Positions 1-9,563 of a DNA stretch of 64,000 nucleotides are shown here, in pieces (within the stretch, counting starts at the first letter, position 1; each line of letters starts with the position of its first letter). The stretch comes from an uncultured bacterium. Lineage in GTDB: Bacteria > Krumholzibacteriota > Krumholzibacteriia > LZORAL124-64-63. Position numbers and translations under genes: made by a program. The DNA lies in contig CAVSGO010000003.1 in assembly GCA_963727525.1 (NCBI GenBank), positions 96,001-160,000 on the forward strand, read 5' to 3'. The notes beneath the pieces were generated by a model that had not been told where the DNA came from, made no database searches, and saw only the letters and a list, made by a program, of their open reading frames with translations.

Positions 1-422
1 TAGACGAGGTGTACGAGGCGCAGATCACCCACGGCGACGGCGTCGGCCGATACTGCGACGGCGGCACCGTCGTTGCGGCTGGGCACCAGGGTGCGCGGCC
101 GGCCGGCCACGAGGTAGCCGGCGAGGAAGCAGACGGCGAGCGACGCCGCCAGGGCGAGCGCCTTCGCGTTTAGCCAGGATGGGCGCGGCGCGTGGGGACG
201 GGAATCGCTCGCCGTATCGAGCGAACGCACCGAATCCATGACATGTGCGGCGAATCCTGCCGACACCGTGACCGTTGACGGCGCGCAGAGGGTGGCCAGC
301 GCGGCCTCGCCCGCACGGAGCTCCGCCTCGAGGGCGGGATCGCTGGCGAGCATGGCTTCCAGCTCGCGGGCCTGGTCCTCGGTGAGATCGCCGTCGAGAT
401 AGCGTTCCAGCATGGGATTCAT
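1..422 (-). CDS. Anti-sigma factor-like membrane protein, runs off the left edge (partial)
   Basis: Not in the ORF track. Manual translation from ATG at 422 (ATGA overlap with the sigma stop) gives MNPMLERYLDGDLTEDQARELEAMLASDP... then a TM segment ALALAASLAVCFLAGYLVA. YLDGxL plus a single TM is typical of anti-sigma factors. Confidence 0.75.
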   Translation of the reverse strand, partial: MNPMLERYLDGDLTEDQARELEAMLASDPALEAELRAGEAALATLCAPSTVTVSAGFAAHVMDSVRSLDTASDSRPHAPRPSWLNAKALALAASLAVCFLAGYLVAGRPRTLVPSRNDGAAVAVSADAVAVGDLRLVHLV

Positions 423-1009
423 GAGAGTTCCTCCGCAGGTGTCCAGCCCAGCCGGACGAGGTGGTCTTGCAACTGCCGCCGCGCGCGGTGCGCGCGAACC
501 TTCAGAGCGCCGACCGTGGCTCCGTCGTGGCGCGCGATCTCCTCGAACGACCAGCCCTCCAGATGCTTGAGCACCAGCACCTCGCGATAGTCCGGCGGCA
601 TGAGTGCGAGGGCGTCCATGAGCCGGTCGGTGTCCTCCCGCCTCAGCAATGAGGCCAGGGCGTCGGGTGTGGCGGCCGGGACGGCATCGATCACGTCGTC
701 GCCCCCCTCCTGGGCCGCGTGCACCTCGTACCGCTCTCGCCGCTTGCGCCCACGGACGCGGTCGCGCACGGCGTGGATGCCGATCTGTACGAGCCACGTG
801 CCGAAGGCCGATTCCCCGCGGAATCGCGGCAGCGCGAGATAGGCCTTCACGAAGGCGTCGTGCGCGGCCTCCTCGGCGAGCGCGCGATTGGCCGTGATCT
901 GCATGAGCGTACCGAACAGACGATCCTGGTAGCGCTCGACCAGGAGCCGATAGGCCTCCTGGTTGCCCGCGCGAATCTCGGCGATGATGCTGGTGTCGCT
1001 GCGTTCCAT
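419..1009 (-). CDS. ECF-family RNA polymerase sigma factor
   Basis: Region 2 (AEEAAHDAFVKAY, FRGESAFGTWL) and region 4 HTH (YREVLVLKHLEGWSFEEIA...GALKVRAHRAR). Confidence 0.93.
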   Translation of the reverse strand: MERSDTSIIAEIRAGNQEAYRLLVERYQDRLFGTLMQITANRALAEEAAHDAFVKAYLALPRFRGESAFGTWLVQIGIHAVRDRVRGRKRRERYEVHAAQEGGDDVIDAVPAATPDALASLLRREDTDRLMDALALMPPDYREVLVLKHLEGWSFEEIARHDGATVGALKVRAHRARRQLQDHLVRLGWTPAEELS

Positions 1010-1140
1010 GCCGGGTTTGGCCTCGCAGGTGAGACGGCCGCGCGTCCCTCAGGTTACGCGCGCCGTGAAACCCATCCCTCAGCATACGCTTTCGTCCGCC
1101 CGCGGCCAGCCGGGCGCACGCGAGCGGTCAGGACGACGCG

Positions 1141-3390
1141 TCATTTCACGAGGGTCACGAGGCGCTGGTCGGAGCCGTCGTGCGAGATGAGACGCACGAG
1201 GTACGTTCCCGCGGCCACCATGCGGCCGCGGGCGTCGCGTCCATCCCAGGTGGCGCGATGCGAGCCGGCCTCGAACCGGCCAGCGGCGAGCACGCGCAGG
1301 CGGTGTCCGGCGACGTCGTACACGGCCAGGTGGATGGACTGGGCCCGGTCGACCGCGTAGGTTATCGTGGTGCGCGGGTTGAACGGATTGGGCGCCGCCG
1401 CGAGCAGGTGCGACGCGGCCGGGACCTCGGGCACCGCGATCGGGCCCGCCAGGGAGTTGCCGACGGCGACGAGGCCGAGGTCGAAGCTGGCGACGTAGGC
1501 CGTGGTGCCGTCGGTGGCGACATCGGAGGCCAGGCTGGCGAGCGTGCGGTATCCCACGATGGTCGGGCTCTCGCGACGCTGGATATCGACCACCGTCAGG
1601 CCGCCGTAGCGGTCGGCGACGTAGGCGACGTGGCCGCTGATGGACACCTCCATCGAACGATCGCGCGTGGCGACGGTCCCGAGCACCACCGGCGACTGCG
1701 GATCGGTGATGTCCACGACCGCGAGCCCGGCGGGGCCGGTGGCGATGACGGCCGTGTTGCCGCTGACGGCGACGGCCGAGACCTCGCCGGGGATGGCCAC
1801 GTTCGCCAGAGGCACGGGGACACGCGGGAACGCGAGGCTGTAGGTCCGTAGCCCGAAGTCGCGGTCGGCCACGAGGAGTCGGTCGCCCTGCACGGCCACG
1901 CCCATCGCGGATCCGCTGATATTCATGGTCAGCGCCTCCACCGGACGCATTGGCGAGGCGACGTCGAAGATGCGCACCCCCGTGGCCCCCGCGGCGACAT
2001 AGACGTGGTGGGCGAAGAAGGCGAGTCCGCGCGCGCCGCCGACCGTGTGACCGGTGGCGGGCACGGGCGCCGAGGGATCGGCGAGATCGACGGCCCAGAT
2101 GCCGGCGATCGATTCCGACACGTACGCGATGCCGTCGACGACGAGCACATCGAAGGGCGATCCCGACAGCGACGCCTCACCCGCCGGTTCGAGGTGCGTG
2201 GGGTCGTGGGTATCGAACCAGCGCAGACCGCGAGCACCGTCCACGAGGAACACGCGATCGCCGTCGACCGCGACGCCCGTGGCGACGTCGGCGGCGGGGC
2301 AGTGTGCGACCTCGGTGAGATGTCCCGTGCTGGCGAGCGACGCCAGGCGCACGCCGGCGCCGTCGGCGGCGACGCCGATGCGGGTCCCGTCGACGGCCGC
2401 GCCCCAGACCACGTCCGTGGTCGCGAAACTCGCGATCTCGTGCACGGACGCCGGCTGGCTCACGTCGAGCACGCGCAGAGCCGTGATGTCGCTCACGAAC
2501 GCACGGGTTCCGGCGATGACCACATCGTGCGCCACGGACGGCGTGTCGATATGGTCGATCTCGTACGGTGCCGCGGGATTGGCGACGCTGAAGAACCGCA
2601 CGCCGTCACCGCCGCAGGCGAGGGCCAGCAACGGCCCGTAGACCGCGATCCCCTCCGCCCAGTCCGCCACGTCGACGAATGTCAGCGGGACGGGATTGTC
2701 GGGATCGACGATGCTGAAGATGCTCAGCCCGCCCTGGAAATCGGCCACGTAGACCACCGCGCCCACCACGGCCAGGTCGCACGCCTGACCGAGCGCGAAC
2801 TGGTGACCGAACACGTAGGGGTTGGCGGGATCGCTCACGTTCACGATGAGCAGGCCCATCTGATCGTCGACGGCGTAGGCCCATACGTCGTGGATCGCGA
2901 CGGCCTGCACCCAGCCCGTCGTGGCATGGGAGCCGACGACGACCGGACGGGTGGGGTCGCTGGCATCGACGATCTGCAGTCCCGCCGGGCCGTTGGCGAT
3001 GACCAAGGTCGTTCCCGATACGGCGATGTCTAGGATCACATCGGGCAGGGCCACGCGACCCAGCTCGACGGGGTTCGCGAGCGTGCTGACGTCGACCACG
3101 ACGAGGAAGCCGCCGTCGGCATAGTAGAGGCGATTGCCCGCGAACTTCGTACTGCGGCACGGTCCGGATGGCCAGCGGCCGAGGATCGTGGTGTTCACGC
3201 CGCCGCGGTCGTCAGGGGGGAACATGGCCTCCCGGGAAGACCGTGGTCGTCGCGATGCTGCGGCCAGCGATGGCGCGGCCTCGCTCGTGACGGCACCATC
3301 CGACACGGTGGTGAGCGCACCCAGAGCCAGGACGAGGGACACGCCAAGGCGCCCTGGCCGGAGAGCTGGCAAACGTCGAATCCTCACCAT
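1141..3390 (-). CDS. Secreted LVIVD-repeat beta-propeller protein with C-terminal FlgD-Ig/T9SS-like tail
   Basis: Many AYVAD..GL.IVDVSDP..P repeats, a hydrophobic N-terminal segment and the tail PNPFNPRTTITY...YDVAG...WDGRD...GTYLVRL. Start placed at ATG 3390; the ORF track extends to 3552. Confidence 0.85.
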   Translation of the reverse strand: MVRIRRLPALRPGRLGVSLVLALGALTTVSDGAVTSEAAPSLAAASRRPRSSREAMFPPDDRGGVNTTILGRWPSGPCRSTKFAGNRLYYADGGFLVVVDVSTLANPVELGRVALPDVILDIAVSGTTLVIANGPAGLQIVDASDPTRPVVVGSHATTGWVQAVAIHDVWAYAVDDQMGLLIVNVSDPANPYVFGHQFALGQACDLAVVGAVVYVADFQGGLSIFSIVDPDNPVPLTFVDVADWAEGIAVYGPLLALACGGDGVRFFSVANPAAPYEIDHIDTPSVAHDVVIAGTRAFVSDITALRVLDVSQPASVHEIASFATTDVVWGAAVDGTRIGVAADGAGVRLASLASTGHLTEVAHCPAADVATGVAVDGDRVFLVDGARGLRWFDTHDPTHLEPAGEASLSGSPFDVLVVDGIAYVSESIAGIWAVDLADPSAPVPATGHTVGGARGLAFFAHHVYVAAGATGVRIFDVASPMRPVEALTMNISGSAMGVAVQGDRLLVADRDFGLRTYSLAFPRVPVPLANVAIPGEVSAVAVSGNTAVIATGPAGLAVVDITDPQSPVVLGTVATRDRSMEVSISGHVAYVADRYGGLTVVDIQRRESPTIVGYRTLASLASDVATDGTTAYVASFDLGLVAVGNSLAGPIAVPEVPAASHLLAAAPNPFNPRTTITYAVDRAQSIHLAVYDVAGHRLRVLAAGRFEAGSHRATWDGRDARGRMVAAGTYLVRLISHDGSDQRLVTLVK

Positions 3391-3537
3391 GGCGTGCCAC
3401 CCGGGTGCTAGGGGCAGGGGCCCAGGCGGAGGCAGGGCTTCCGCCAGGACCCGCGCGGGGGATCCGCAGCAGAATCCTCCGTAGCGAAGCACCAGCGTAC
3501 CCTGTCCATGGGATTCCAGCCAGCCCCTCGCGCGAAC

Positions 3538-3573
3538 TTGACGGATGCCCATTGGTTGTCAATATTTTAACAT
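3538..3573 (+). promoter_or_regulatory. Putative sigma70 promoter of hydG overlapped by a Rex-like operator
   Basis: TTGACG at 3538-3543 and an AT-rich -10 region inside the imperfect palindrome TTGTCAA-TATT-TTAACAT (3556-3573). Confidence 0.5.
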
Positions 3574-3642
3574 ACGCTCGGGCCGAGACCACGGAATGTG
3601 GTTCGCGCGCCATGGACTGACTCAACAAGGAGATTCCCGCTC

Positions 3643-5052
3643 GTGTCTCCGCGCAACATGCTTCCCACCATCGACGCCGACGCCATCCACGCCACCCTCG
3701 CCGATCCTGGCGACACGTCGGCTGCGCACGTGCGCGCCATTCTCGCGAGGGCCCGCGATCGGCAAGGATTGCCGGCTGCCGACGTCGCCGTGCTCCTGAC
3801 CTGCGACGATGCCGACCTCGACCAGGAGATCTTCGCCGCCGCGAGGGCGGTGAAGGATGCGATCTACGGCAACCGCCTGGTGCTCTTCGCGCCACTCTAC
3901 ATCACCAACCGCTGCCAGAACGATTGTCTCTACTGCGCCTTCCGCGCGAGCAACCGCAACCTCGTGCGGCGTGATCTCACGCTCGAGGAGATCGCGCACG
4001 AGACGCAAGTGATCGTGCGGGAAGGACACAAGCGCATCCTCCTGGTCGCGGGCGAGCATTATCCGGACGGTCAGGGGCTCGACTACGTCTTCCGCGCCAT
4101 CGAGACGGTGTACGGCGTGCGCGAGGGCAACGGCAGCATCCGACGCTTGAACGTGAATGTGGCCGCGCTCGACGTGCCGCACTATCGCGACCTCAAGGCC
4201 TGCGGCATCGGGACGTACCAGCTCTTCCAGGAGACGTACCACCGGCCTACCTATGCCACGATGCACCTGAGTGGTCCCAAGGCGGATTACGAGTGGCACC
4301 TCGGCGCCATCGATCGCGCCATGACCGCCGGCATCGACGATTGCGGTACGGGCGTGCTCTTCGGGCTCTATGATCATCGTTTCGAGGTGCTCGCGCTCAT
4401 GCAGCACGCGGTGCACCTGGAGCGCACGTACGGCGTCGGCCCGCACACGATCAGCGTACCGCGCATCGAGCCCGCGGAGGGGAGCGACGTGGCTGCGCAT
4501 CCGCCGTACGCCGTGAACAACAGCGATTTCCTGCGCCTGGTCGCCATCCTGCGCCTCGCCGTGCCGTATACCGGCATCATCCTCTCGACGCGAGAGGGCG
4601 CCGAGGTCCGTGGCAAGTGCTTCGATCTGGGCGTGTCACAGATCTCGGCGTCGAGCCGCACGAACCCCGGCGGCTACAGCGAAGCGGCGGCCGGGCTGCA
4701 CACCGGCGCGCAGTTCTCACTCGGCGATCATCGCAGCCTCGACGCGGTGGTGGCCGATGTGCTGGCTCACGGCTACCTGCCGTCGTTCTGCACCGCGTGC
4801 TATCGCCGGGGGCGTACGGGCCAGGACTTCATGGACCTGGCGAAGCCCGGGCTGATCAAGGACTTCTGCCAGCCCAACGCGATCCTCACCGTGAAGGAGT
4901 ATCTCGCGGACTACGCGAGTCCGCAGACGCGCACCGCGGGGGAGACGCTCATCGCCGGCGCGCTGGACCAGCTCGAGCACGAGGGGCTGCGTTGCCAGGT
5001 TTGCGACCGGCTCGTGCGGATCGAGCAGGGCGAGCGAGACCTGAACTTCTGA
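3643..5052 (+). CDS. hydG: [FeFe]-hydrogenase H-cluster radical SAM maturase HydG
   Basis: CQNDCLYC radical SAM motif, FQETYH, GPHTISVPR and the C-terminal CX2CX22C motif (CTAC...DFC) that separates HydG from ThiH. GTG start follows AAGGAG. Confidence 0.92.
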   Translation: MSPRNMLPTIDADAIHATLADPGDTSAAHVRAILARARDRQGLPAADVAVLLTCDDADLDQEIFAAARAVKDAIYGNRLVLFAPLYITNRCQNDCLYCAFRASNRNLVRRDLTLEEIAHETQVIVREGHKRILLVAGEHYPDGQGLDYVFRAIETVYGVREGNGSIRRLNVNVAALDVPHYRDLKACGIGTYQLFQETYHRPTYATMHLSGPKADYEWHLGAIDRAMTAGIDDCGTGVLFGLYDHRFEVLALMQHAVHLERTYGVGPHTISVPRIEPAEGSDVAAHPPYAVNNSDFLRLVAILRLAVPYTGIILSTREGAEVRGKCFDLGVSQISASSRTNPGGYSEAAAGLHTGAQFSLGDHRSLDAVVADVLAHGYLPSFCTACYRRGRTGQDFMDLAKPGLIKDFCQPNAILTVKEYLADYASPQTRTAGETLIAGALDQLEHEGLRCQVCDRLVRIEQGERDLNF

Positions 5053-5062
5053 GGACCATGCC

Positions 5063-6145
5063 GTGTACGACGACGAGATCCTGCGCTGGCTGCTCACGCG
5101 CGACGAGGCGCGCCTGGCCTGGCTGTGGACAGCAGCCGACCGCGCCCGGCGCGAGCACGTGGGCGCGGCCGTGCATCTGCGCGGCCTGATCGAGTTCTCC
5201 AACCGCTGCGACCGCGCCTGCCTCTACTGTGGCATGCACCGCGCGAATCGCGACCTCGCGCGCTACACGATGTCGCGCGACGAGATCGTGGCCGGCGCCC
5301 GGGAAGCCGCGCGGCGGGGCTACGGCAGCGTCGTCCTGCAGTCCGGCGAGGCTCTGGCACCCGCCGCGCCCTGGTTGGCCGACGTCGTGCGCGCCATCAA
5401 GGCGACCACCGACCTCGCCGTCACCCTCAGCGTGGGCGAGCGTCCCGTGGCCGACCACGCGCTCTGGCGCGAGGCCGGCGCCGACCGGTACCTCCTGCGT
5501 TTCGAGACCAGCGACCCGGCGCTGCTGCAGCGCCTGCACCCGCCGCGCGGCGATGCGAGCGGCGCCGGCCACCCCCGACTCGCCGGTGTGCGCGCGCTGC
5601 AGGAGCTGGGGTACGAGACCGGCAGCGGTTTCATGGTGGGACTTCCCGGTCAGACGTACGCGAGCGTGGCTCGCGACATCGCCACGGTGCGCGATCTCGA
5701 ACTCGACATGGTGGGCGTGGGATGCTATGTGCCCCACCCGGCCACGTCGCTGGGCCGGGAGCATGCGGCGCTGGTCGCCGCGGGCCGATACACGGAGACG
5801 CCACGGCCGGACGGGCAGATCCCCAACACCGCTCTGGCCACCCTCGCCGCCGTCGCGCTGGTCCGGCTCGCGGCGCCCCAGGTGCATCTGCCGGCCAGCA
5901 CGGCCCTGGCCACGGTGAGCGAGGACGGCTACGCGGCCGGCCTGCGCCGCGGCTGCAATGTGATCATGCCGAATCTCACGCCCGACGCGTATCGTCTGCG
6001 CTATGATATCTACCCCACTCCGTTGCGCGGCGAGGAGTCGGACGCCGGAGCCGGGATCCTGCGCACGATAGAGGCTTGCGGACGTACGGTGGGTGCGGGA
6101 CCGGGCGGATCGGCACGCGGGCGCCGCGGCGGCGACACCCGTTGA
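5063..6145 (+). CDS. hydE: [FeFe]-hydrogenase maturase HydE (BioB-like radical SAM)
   Basis: VHLRGLIEFSNRCDRACLYC, VVLQSGE, GADRYLLRFET, GSGFMVGLPGQT, GCNVIMPNLTP and YDIYP; adjacent to hydG. Confidence 0.88.
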   Translation: MYDDEILRWLLTRDEARLAWLWTAADRARREHVGAAVHLRGLIEFSNRCDRACLYCGMHRANRDLARYTMSRDEIVAGAREAARRGYGSVVLQSGEALAPAAPWLADVVRAIKATTDLAVTLSVGERPVADHALWREAGADRYLLRFETSDPALLQRLHPPRGDASGAGHPRLAGVRALQELGYETGSGFMVGLPGQTYASVARDIATVRDLELDMVGVGCYVPHPATSLGREHAALVAAGRYTETPRPDGQIPNTALATLAAVALVRLAAPQVHLPASTALATVSEDGYAAGLRRGCNVIMPNLTPDAYRLRYDIYPTPLRGEESDAGAGILRTIEACGRTVGAGPGGSARGRRGGDTR

Positions 6146-6174
6146 GACCCATCGTTTGCCGGGGAGAGGTCGCG

Positions 6175-6375
6175 ATGTTCGTGAAGCTGCTGCTCTGGGT
6201 CATCCTCTTCATCCTGTGCTGGCCGCTGGCGATCCTCTTCCTCGTGCTCTACCCGTTCGTCTGGCTGCTGCTCCTGCCGTTCAGGCTGGTGGGTGTCGCC
6301 GTGACGGGTGTGCTCGAGCTGGTGAAGGCCATCATCTTCCTGCCCGCGCGCCTGCTCGGGCAGCGGCCGCGCTAG
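6175..6375 (+). CDS. Small hydrophobic membrane protein (66 aa)
   Basis: GGAGAGG before ATG 6175; MFVKLLLWVILFILCWPLAILFLVLYPFVWLLLLPFRL... Confidence 0.7.
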   Translation: MFVKLLLWVILFILCWPLAILFLVLYPFVWLLLLPFRLVGVAVTGVLELVKAIIFLPARLLGQRPR

Positions 6376-6376
6376 C

Positions 6377-6862
6377 TCACGCCGGCGCGCGCGCCATCGA
6401 CGCCGGCATCCGTACCGCCACCACCTCGCCACGCACCGTCACCGCGCCTGCGGCCGTCACCGTGACGTCGACGATCGCCTTGCGCTCGGACGTCTCCCGG
6501 ATATGGCCGCGGATCTCCAGTTCCGGACCCAGGGGCGTGGGCTCGAGATAAGTGACCCGCAACGACGCGGTGACGAAGCGTGGCGCCGGCGCCTCACCGA
6601 TGGCGCGGCCGGCGGCGCGCTCGGCGGCGGCGGCCGCGGTGCCCATGGCGTGGCAGTCGATAAGCGAGGCGAGCAGGCCGCCGTACACGAATCCGGGGAT
6701 GGCCGTGTGATAGGCGCGGGGCGTGAACCGCGCCACCGCGTCGTCGCCTTCCCAGCGCGTCTTGAGCTGCAACCCGTCGGCGTTGAGACGCCCGCAGCCG
6801 TAGCAATGGGCGACGTCGTCGGGGTAGTGGTCCTGGATCGCGGGGTTCTTGTCGGGAGTCAT
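6377..6862 (-). CDS. PaaI-family (hotdog) thioesterase
   Basis: HCYGCG, GFVYGGLLASLIDCH and FVTASLRVTYLEPTP. Confidence 0.85.
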   Translation of the reverse strand: MTPDKNPAIQDHYPDDVAHCYGCGRLNADGLQLKTRWEGDDAVARFTPRAYHTAIPGFVYGGLLASLIDCHAMGTAAAAAERAAGRAIGEAPAPRFVTASLRVTYLEPTPLGPELEIRGHIRETSERKAIVDVTVTAAGAVTVRGEVVAVRMPASMARAPA

Positions 6863-6883
6863 GGTGTTCTCCGGTCGCGGGTC

Positions 6884-7801
6884 TCAGGCGAACAGCAACA
6901 GCACCACCGAGAGCGAGACGAACGACGCCAGGGTCGAGACCACGATGATGGCCGAGGCGAGGGTCGCGTCACTGTCGAGCTGGGTGGCCAGCACGTACAT
7001 GGCGGTGGATGCGGGCATGGCGAAGAAGAGCATGGCGATGAGTCGATCATCGCCCGTCACCCCCAGCGTCCGCAGCAGGACGTAGCCGACCAGCGGCAGG
7101 ACGGCACACTTGAGCACCGTGGCCGTGGACGCCAGGGCCAGGTGGCCCTTCACCACCTCGAAGGTGAGCGACCCGCCGATCGAGAGCAGCGCCAGCGGCA
7201 GCGTGATCGAGGCCGCGAGCCGCAGCGTGCTGGCCACGGCCACCGGCAGCGGCGGCATGACGCGCGCCCACACCATGCCGGCCACGCAGGCGATGATGAG
7301 CGGATTTGTGAGCACAGCCCGCGTCGTGAGCCGTGCCCGGGCGCGCCGGTCGAGCTGGCGAGGTGAGAACCAGATCAGGGTGGCCACGGCGAGGACGTTG
7401 CAAATCGGAATGGCGAGGGACAGCAACTCGCCCAGCCGCCGCACGCCGGCGTCGCCCAGCGCCGTCCCCACCACGGCGATGGCCACGTAGGTGTTGAAGC
7501 GGTACGTCGCCTGCGAGAACGCCCCGGCCGGGTAGTGCCCGATCCCGAAGACGCCAATGACGATCAGACTCAGCACGCACGCCACAAGGAGCGCGCCGAT
7601 TGTCGCCAGCCAGAGATCGATCGGCAGGGCGCCGGCCGTGGGTGTGCCGCCGATCTTGCCGAAGAGCAGGGCCGGAAAGAAGACGTAGTAGATCAGCCGG
7701 TCGCCCGTGCGCAGGAAGGCATCGTTGGTCAGCCCGACGCGCCGCAGGACCGTACCGGCGGCAATCAGGACGAACACGGGCATCAGGTTGTCCAGGATCA
7801 T
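6884..7801 (-). CDS. AEC-family transporter (auxin efflux carrier/malate permease)
   Basis: About 10 TM segments; YYVFFPALLF, NPLIIA, LPLALLSIG, MPAS..YVLA. Confidence 0.88.
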   Translation of the reverse strand: MILDNLMPVFVLIAAGTVLRRVGLTNDAFLRTGDRLIYYVFFPALLFGKIGGTPTAGALPIDLWLATIGALLVACVLSLIVIGVFGIGHYPAGAFSQATYRFNTYVAIAVVGTALGDAGVRRLGELLSLAIPICNVLAVATLIWFSPRQLDRRARARLTTRAVLTNPLIIACVAGMVWARVMPPLPVAVASTLRLAASITLPLALLSIGGSLTFEVVKGHLALASTATVLKCAVLPLVGYVLLRTLGVTGDDRLIAMLFFAMPASTAMYVLATQLDSDATLASAIIVVSTLASFVSLSVVLLLFA

Positions 7802-7854
7802 GGCTGGAGATTATTCACGAATAGCGATCGCCTGGGTAGCGCAAGTTGCGGTCC

Positions 7855-7893
7855 GGCCCTCGACACAGGCCCTCGGCACAGGCCCTCGACATG
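7855..7893. repeat. 13-bp tandem repeat, 3 copies
   Basis: GGCCCTCGACACA / GGCCCTCGGCACA / GGCCCTCGACATG between divergent genes. Confidence 0.8.
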
Positions 7894-7955
7894 GGCTTGT
7901 CCGCGGACCGCGGGTGGCGTAGCCTTGGGACGGTGCCTGTCAGGGAGGAGAGTGC

Positions 7956-8339
7956 GTGGCGTCGCGAGTTCTGATCCTGTTGGTCTTCGCCGCCGTGCAC
8001 CTGGTCACGATCCTGGTCGCCGTGCCGCTGTGGCAGCGTCGTGTACCGCCCAATGGCCTCTACGGGTTGCGAGTGCCGGCGACGTTCGCCGACGAATGGG
8101 TGTGGTACGAGGCCAACGCGCGCAGCGGCCAAGACCTCATGACCATGGGGCTGTGCCTGCTTCTGCTCGCGGTGGGGCTGTTCTTCGTATCGGGCTTCTC
8201 CGACAACGCTTACGCCATCATCAATGCGGTCTTCATGGGTATCGCCGTGTTCGAAGTGCTGGTTCACGGCTGGCGCCGGGCCAACCGGTTGCTTCGCGAG
8301 CGGCGGACGGCAGGCGCATCGCCGGTCGGTCGCGCCTGA
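7956..8339 (+). CDS. SdpI/YfhL-family membrane protein
   Basis: PPNGLYGLRVPATFADEWVWYEANARSG signature, three TM segments, GGAGGAG RBS. Confidence 0.8.
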   Translation: MASRVLILLVFAAVHLVTILVAVPLWQRRVPPNGLYGLRVPATFADEWVWYEANARSGQDLMTMGLCLLLLAVGLFFVSGFSDNAYAIINAVFMGIAVFEVLVHGWRRANRLLRERRTAGASPVGRA

Positions 8340-8369
8340 GAAGGACGGGGGTGGGCACGGAGATTCCGC

Positions 8370-8801
8370 TCACTCGACTTGCCGCAGCGACAGGACCGTG
8401 GATTCCGCATCGGTGTCGAGAAACAGGTGCTTGCCGCCTCCGGCGATCTTGAACGACGTCACGCCATTGAGCATGGCGAGTACGCGCCGGCTGTTGGAGC
8501 CCGGCGCGCAGCCGGTGGTCTCGCATTCCACGCGCAGGGCGATGGCGCGGCCGCCCGCATGGTACCGGCCCTCGCACTCGTTGCAGTCGGCGCGCACGGC
8601 CACGTGCTCGGCATCGCGAAACTGGACGATGTAATGTTCGGGATCGTGGATCACGATGAGATCGGGGCCGGCGGGATCGATGGACAGCACCTCCCAGGCC
8701 GTGCCGATGAGCGGGTTGTCGGCCGGGTCGGGCCGTGTGCCGGCGCATCCTGCAAACACGCTCAGGCCCGCGAGCGCCACGATGGCGACGACGAACCGCA
8801 T
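8370..8801 (-). CDS. META-domain (HslJ-like) lipoprotein
   Basis: Signal peptide with lipobox FAGC; LIGTAWEV, ADCNECEGRY, C-terminal FKIAGGGKHLFL. Confidence 0.7.
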   Translation of the reverse strand: MRFVVAIVALAGLSVFAGCAGTRPDPADNPLIGTAWEVLSIDPAGPDLIVIHDPEHYIVQFRDAEHVAVRADCNECEGRYHAGGRAIALRVECETTGCAPGSNSRRVLAMLNGVTSFKIAGGGKHLFLDTDAESTVLSLRQVE

Positions 8802-8947
8802 GGGGAGCACCACCTTTCGACGAAGAAACTTGTGCGACGAAGCGCTTGCCAGATTACCGATGTCTGCGGATATGATAGGCACGGCCGGCACGCTTGCCGA
8901 GCTGCGCGCAGCATCGCGCGCCCGTTCCCGAATGCGAGGACGCGATC

Positions 8948-9445
8948 ATGACTCCCACCGTGCGGATCTTCGTCACCGGCGGCACCTTCGACAAGGAGTA
9001 CAACGAGCGCGACGGATCTCTCTATTTCAAGGACACGCACCTGCGTGACATGCTCAAGCTGGCGCGTTGCCGTGTGCCGGTGGAGGTGCGCACGTTGATG
9101 ATGGTCGATAGCCTCGACATGGACGACGACGATCGCGATCTCGTTCGGCAGCAGTGCCGCAAGGCCGATGCCGACCGCATCGTGATCACGCACGGTACCG
9201 ATACGATGGCGGTGACGGCGCGTTGCCTGGGCGAGGCGGAACTGCCCGACAAGACCATCGTGCTCACCGGGGCCATGATCCCCTTCGCCTTCGGGTCGTC
9301 CGACGGACTCTTCAACCTGGGCGCCGCCCTGGCCTTTGCCCAGAGCCTTCCCCCCGGCGTGTACGTGGCCATGAACGGGCGCGTCTTCCCCTGGCACAAC
9401 GTGCGCAAGAATCGGGATATCGGGGAGTTCGAGGAGCTTTCCTGA
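8948..9445 (+). CDS. Short-chain L-asparaginase-family protein (N-terminal catalytic domain only)
   Basis: VTGGTFDK and ITHGTDTM catalytic Thr motifs, VLTGAMIP, SDGLFNLG; 165 aa with no C-terminal domain. Confidence 0.88.
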   Translation: MTPTVRIFVTGGTFDKEYNERDGSLYFKDTHLRDMLKLARCRVPVEVRTLMMVDSLDMDDDDRDLVRQQCRKADADRIVITHGTDTMAVTARCLGEAELPDKTIVLTGAMIPFAFGSSDGLFNLGAALAFAQSLPPGVYVAMNGRVFPWHNVRKNRDIGEFEELS

Positions 9446-9563
9446 CCGCGGTCGTCAGGCTTTCCTCGCGTTCTGGCCTGCGCCTTGCTTGCCTCGGCCT
9501 GACGTAAGCGTTCATACGCGGCTCAGATCGCGGTTTCCGTCGTTTCAATCGCCGGGGTGATTC

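Noticed and set aside
3643..6145. thiH plus bioB interpretation
   Set aside because: The CX2CX22C tail indicates HydG, the second protein has HydE-type motifs, and no thi or bio genes are adjacent.
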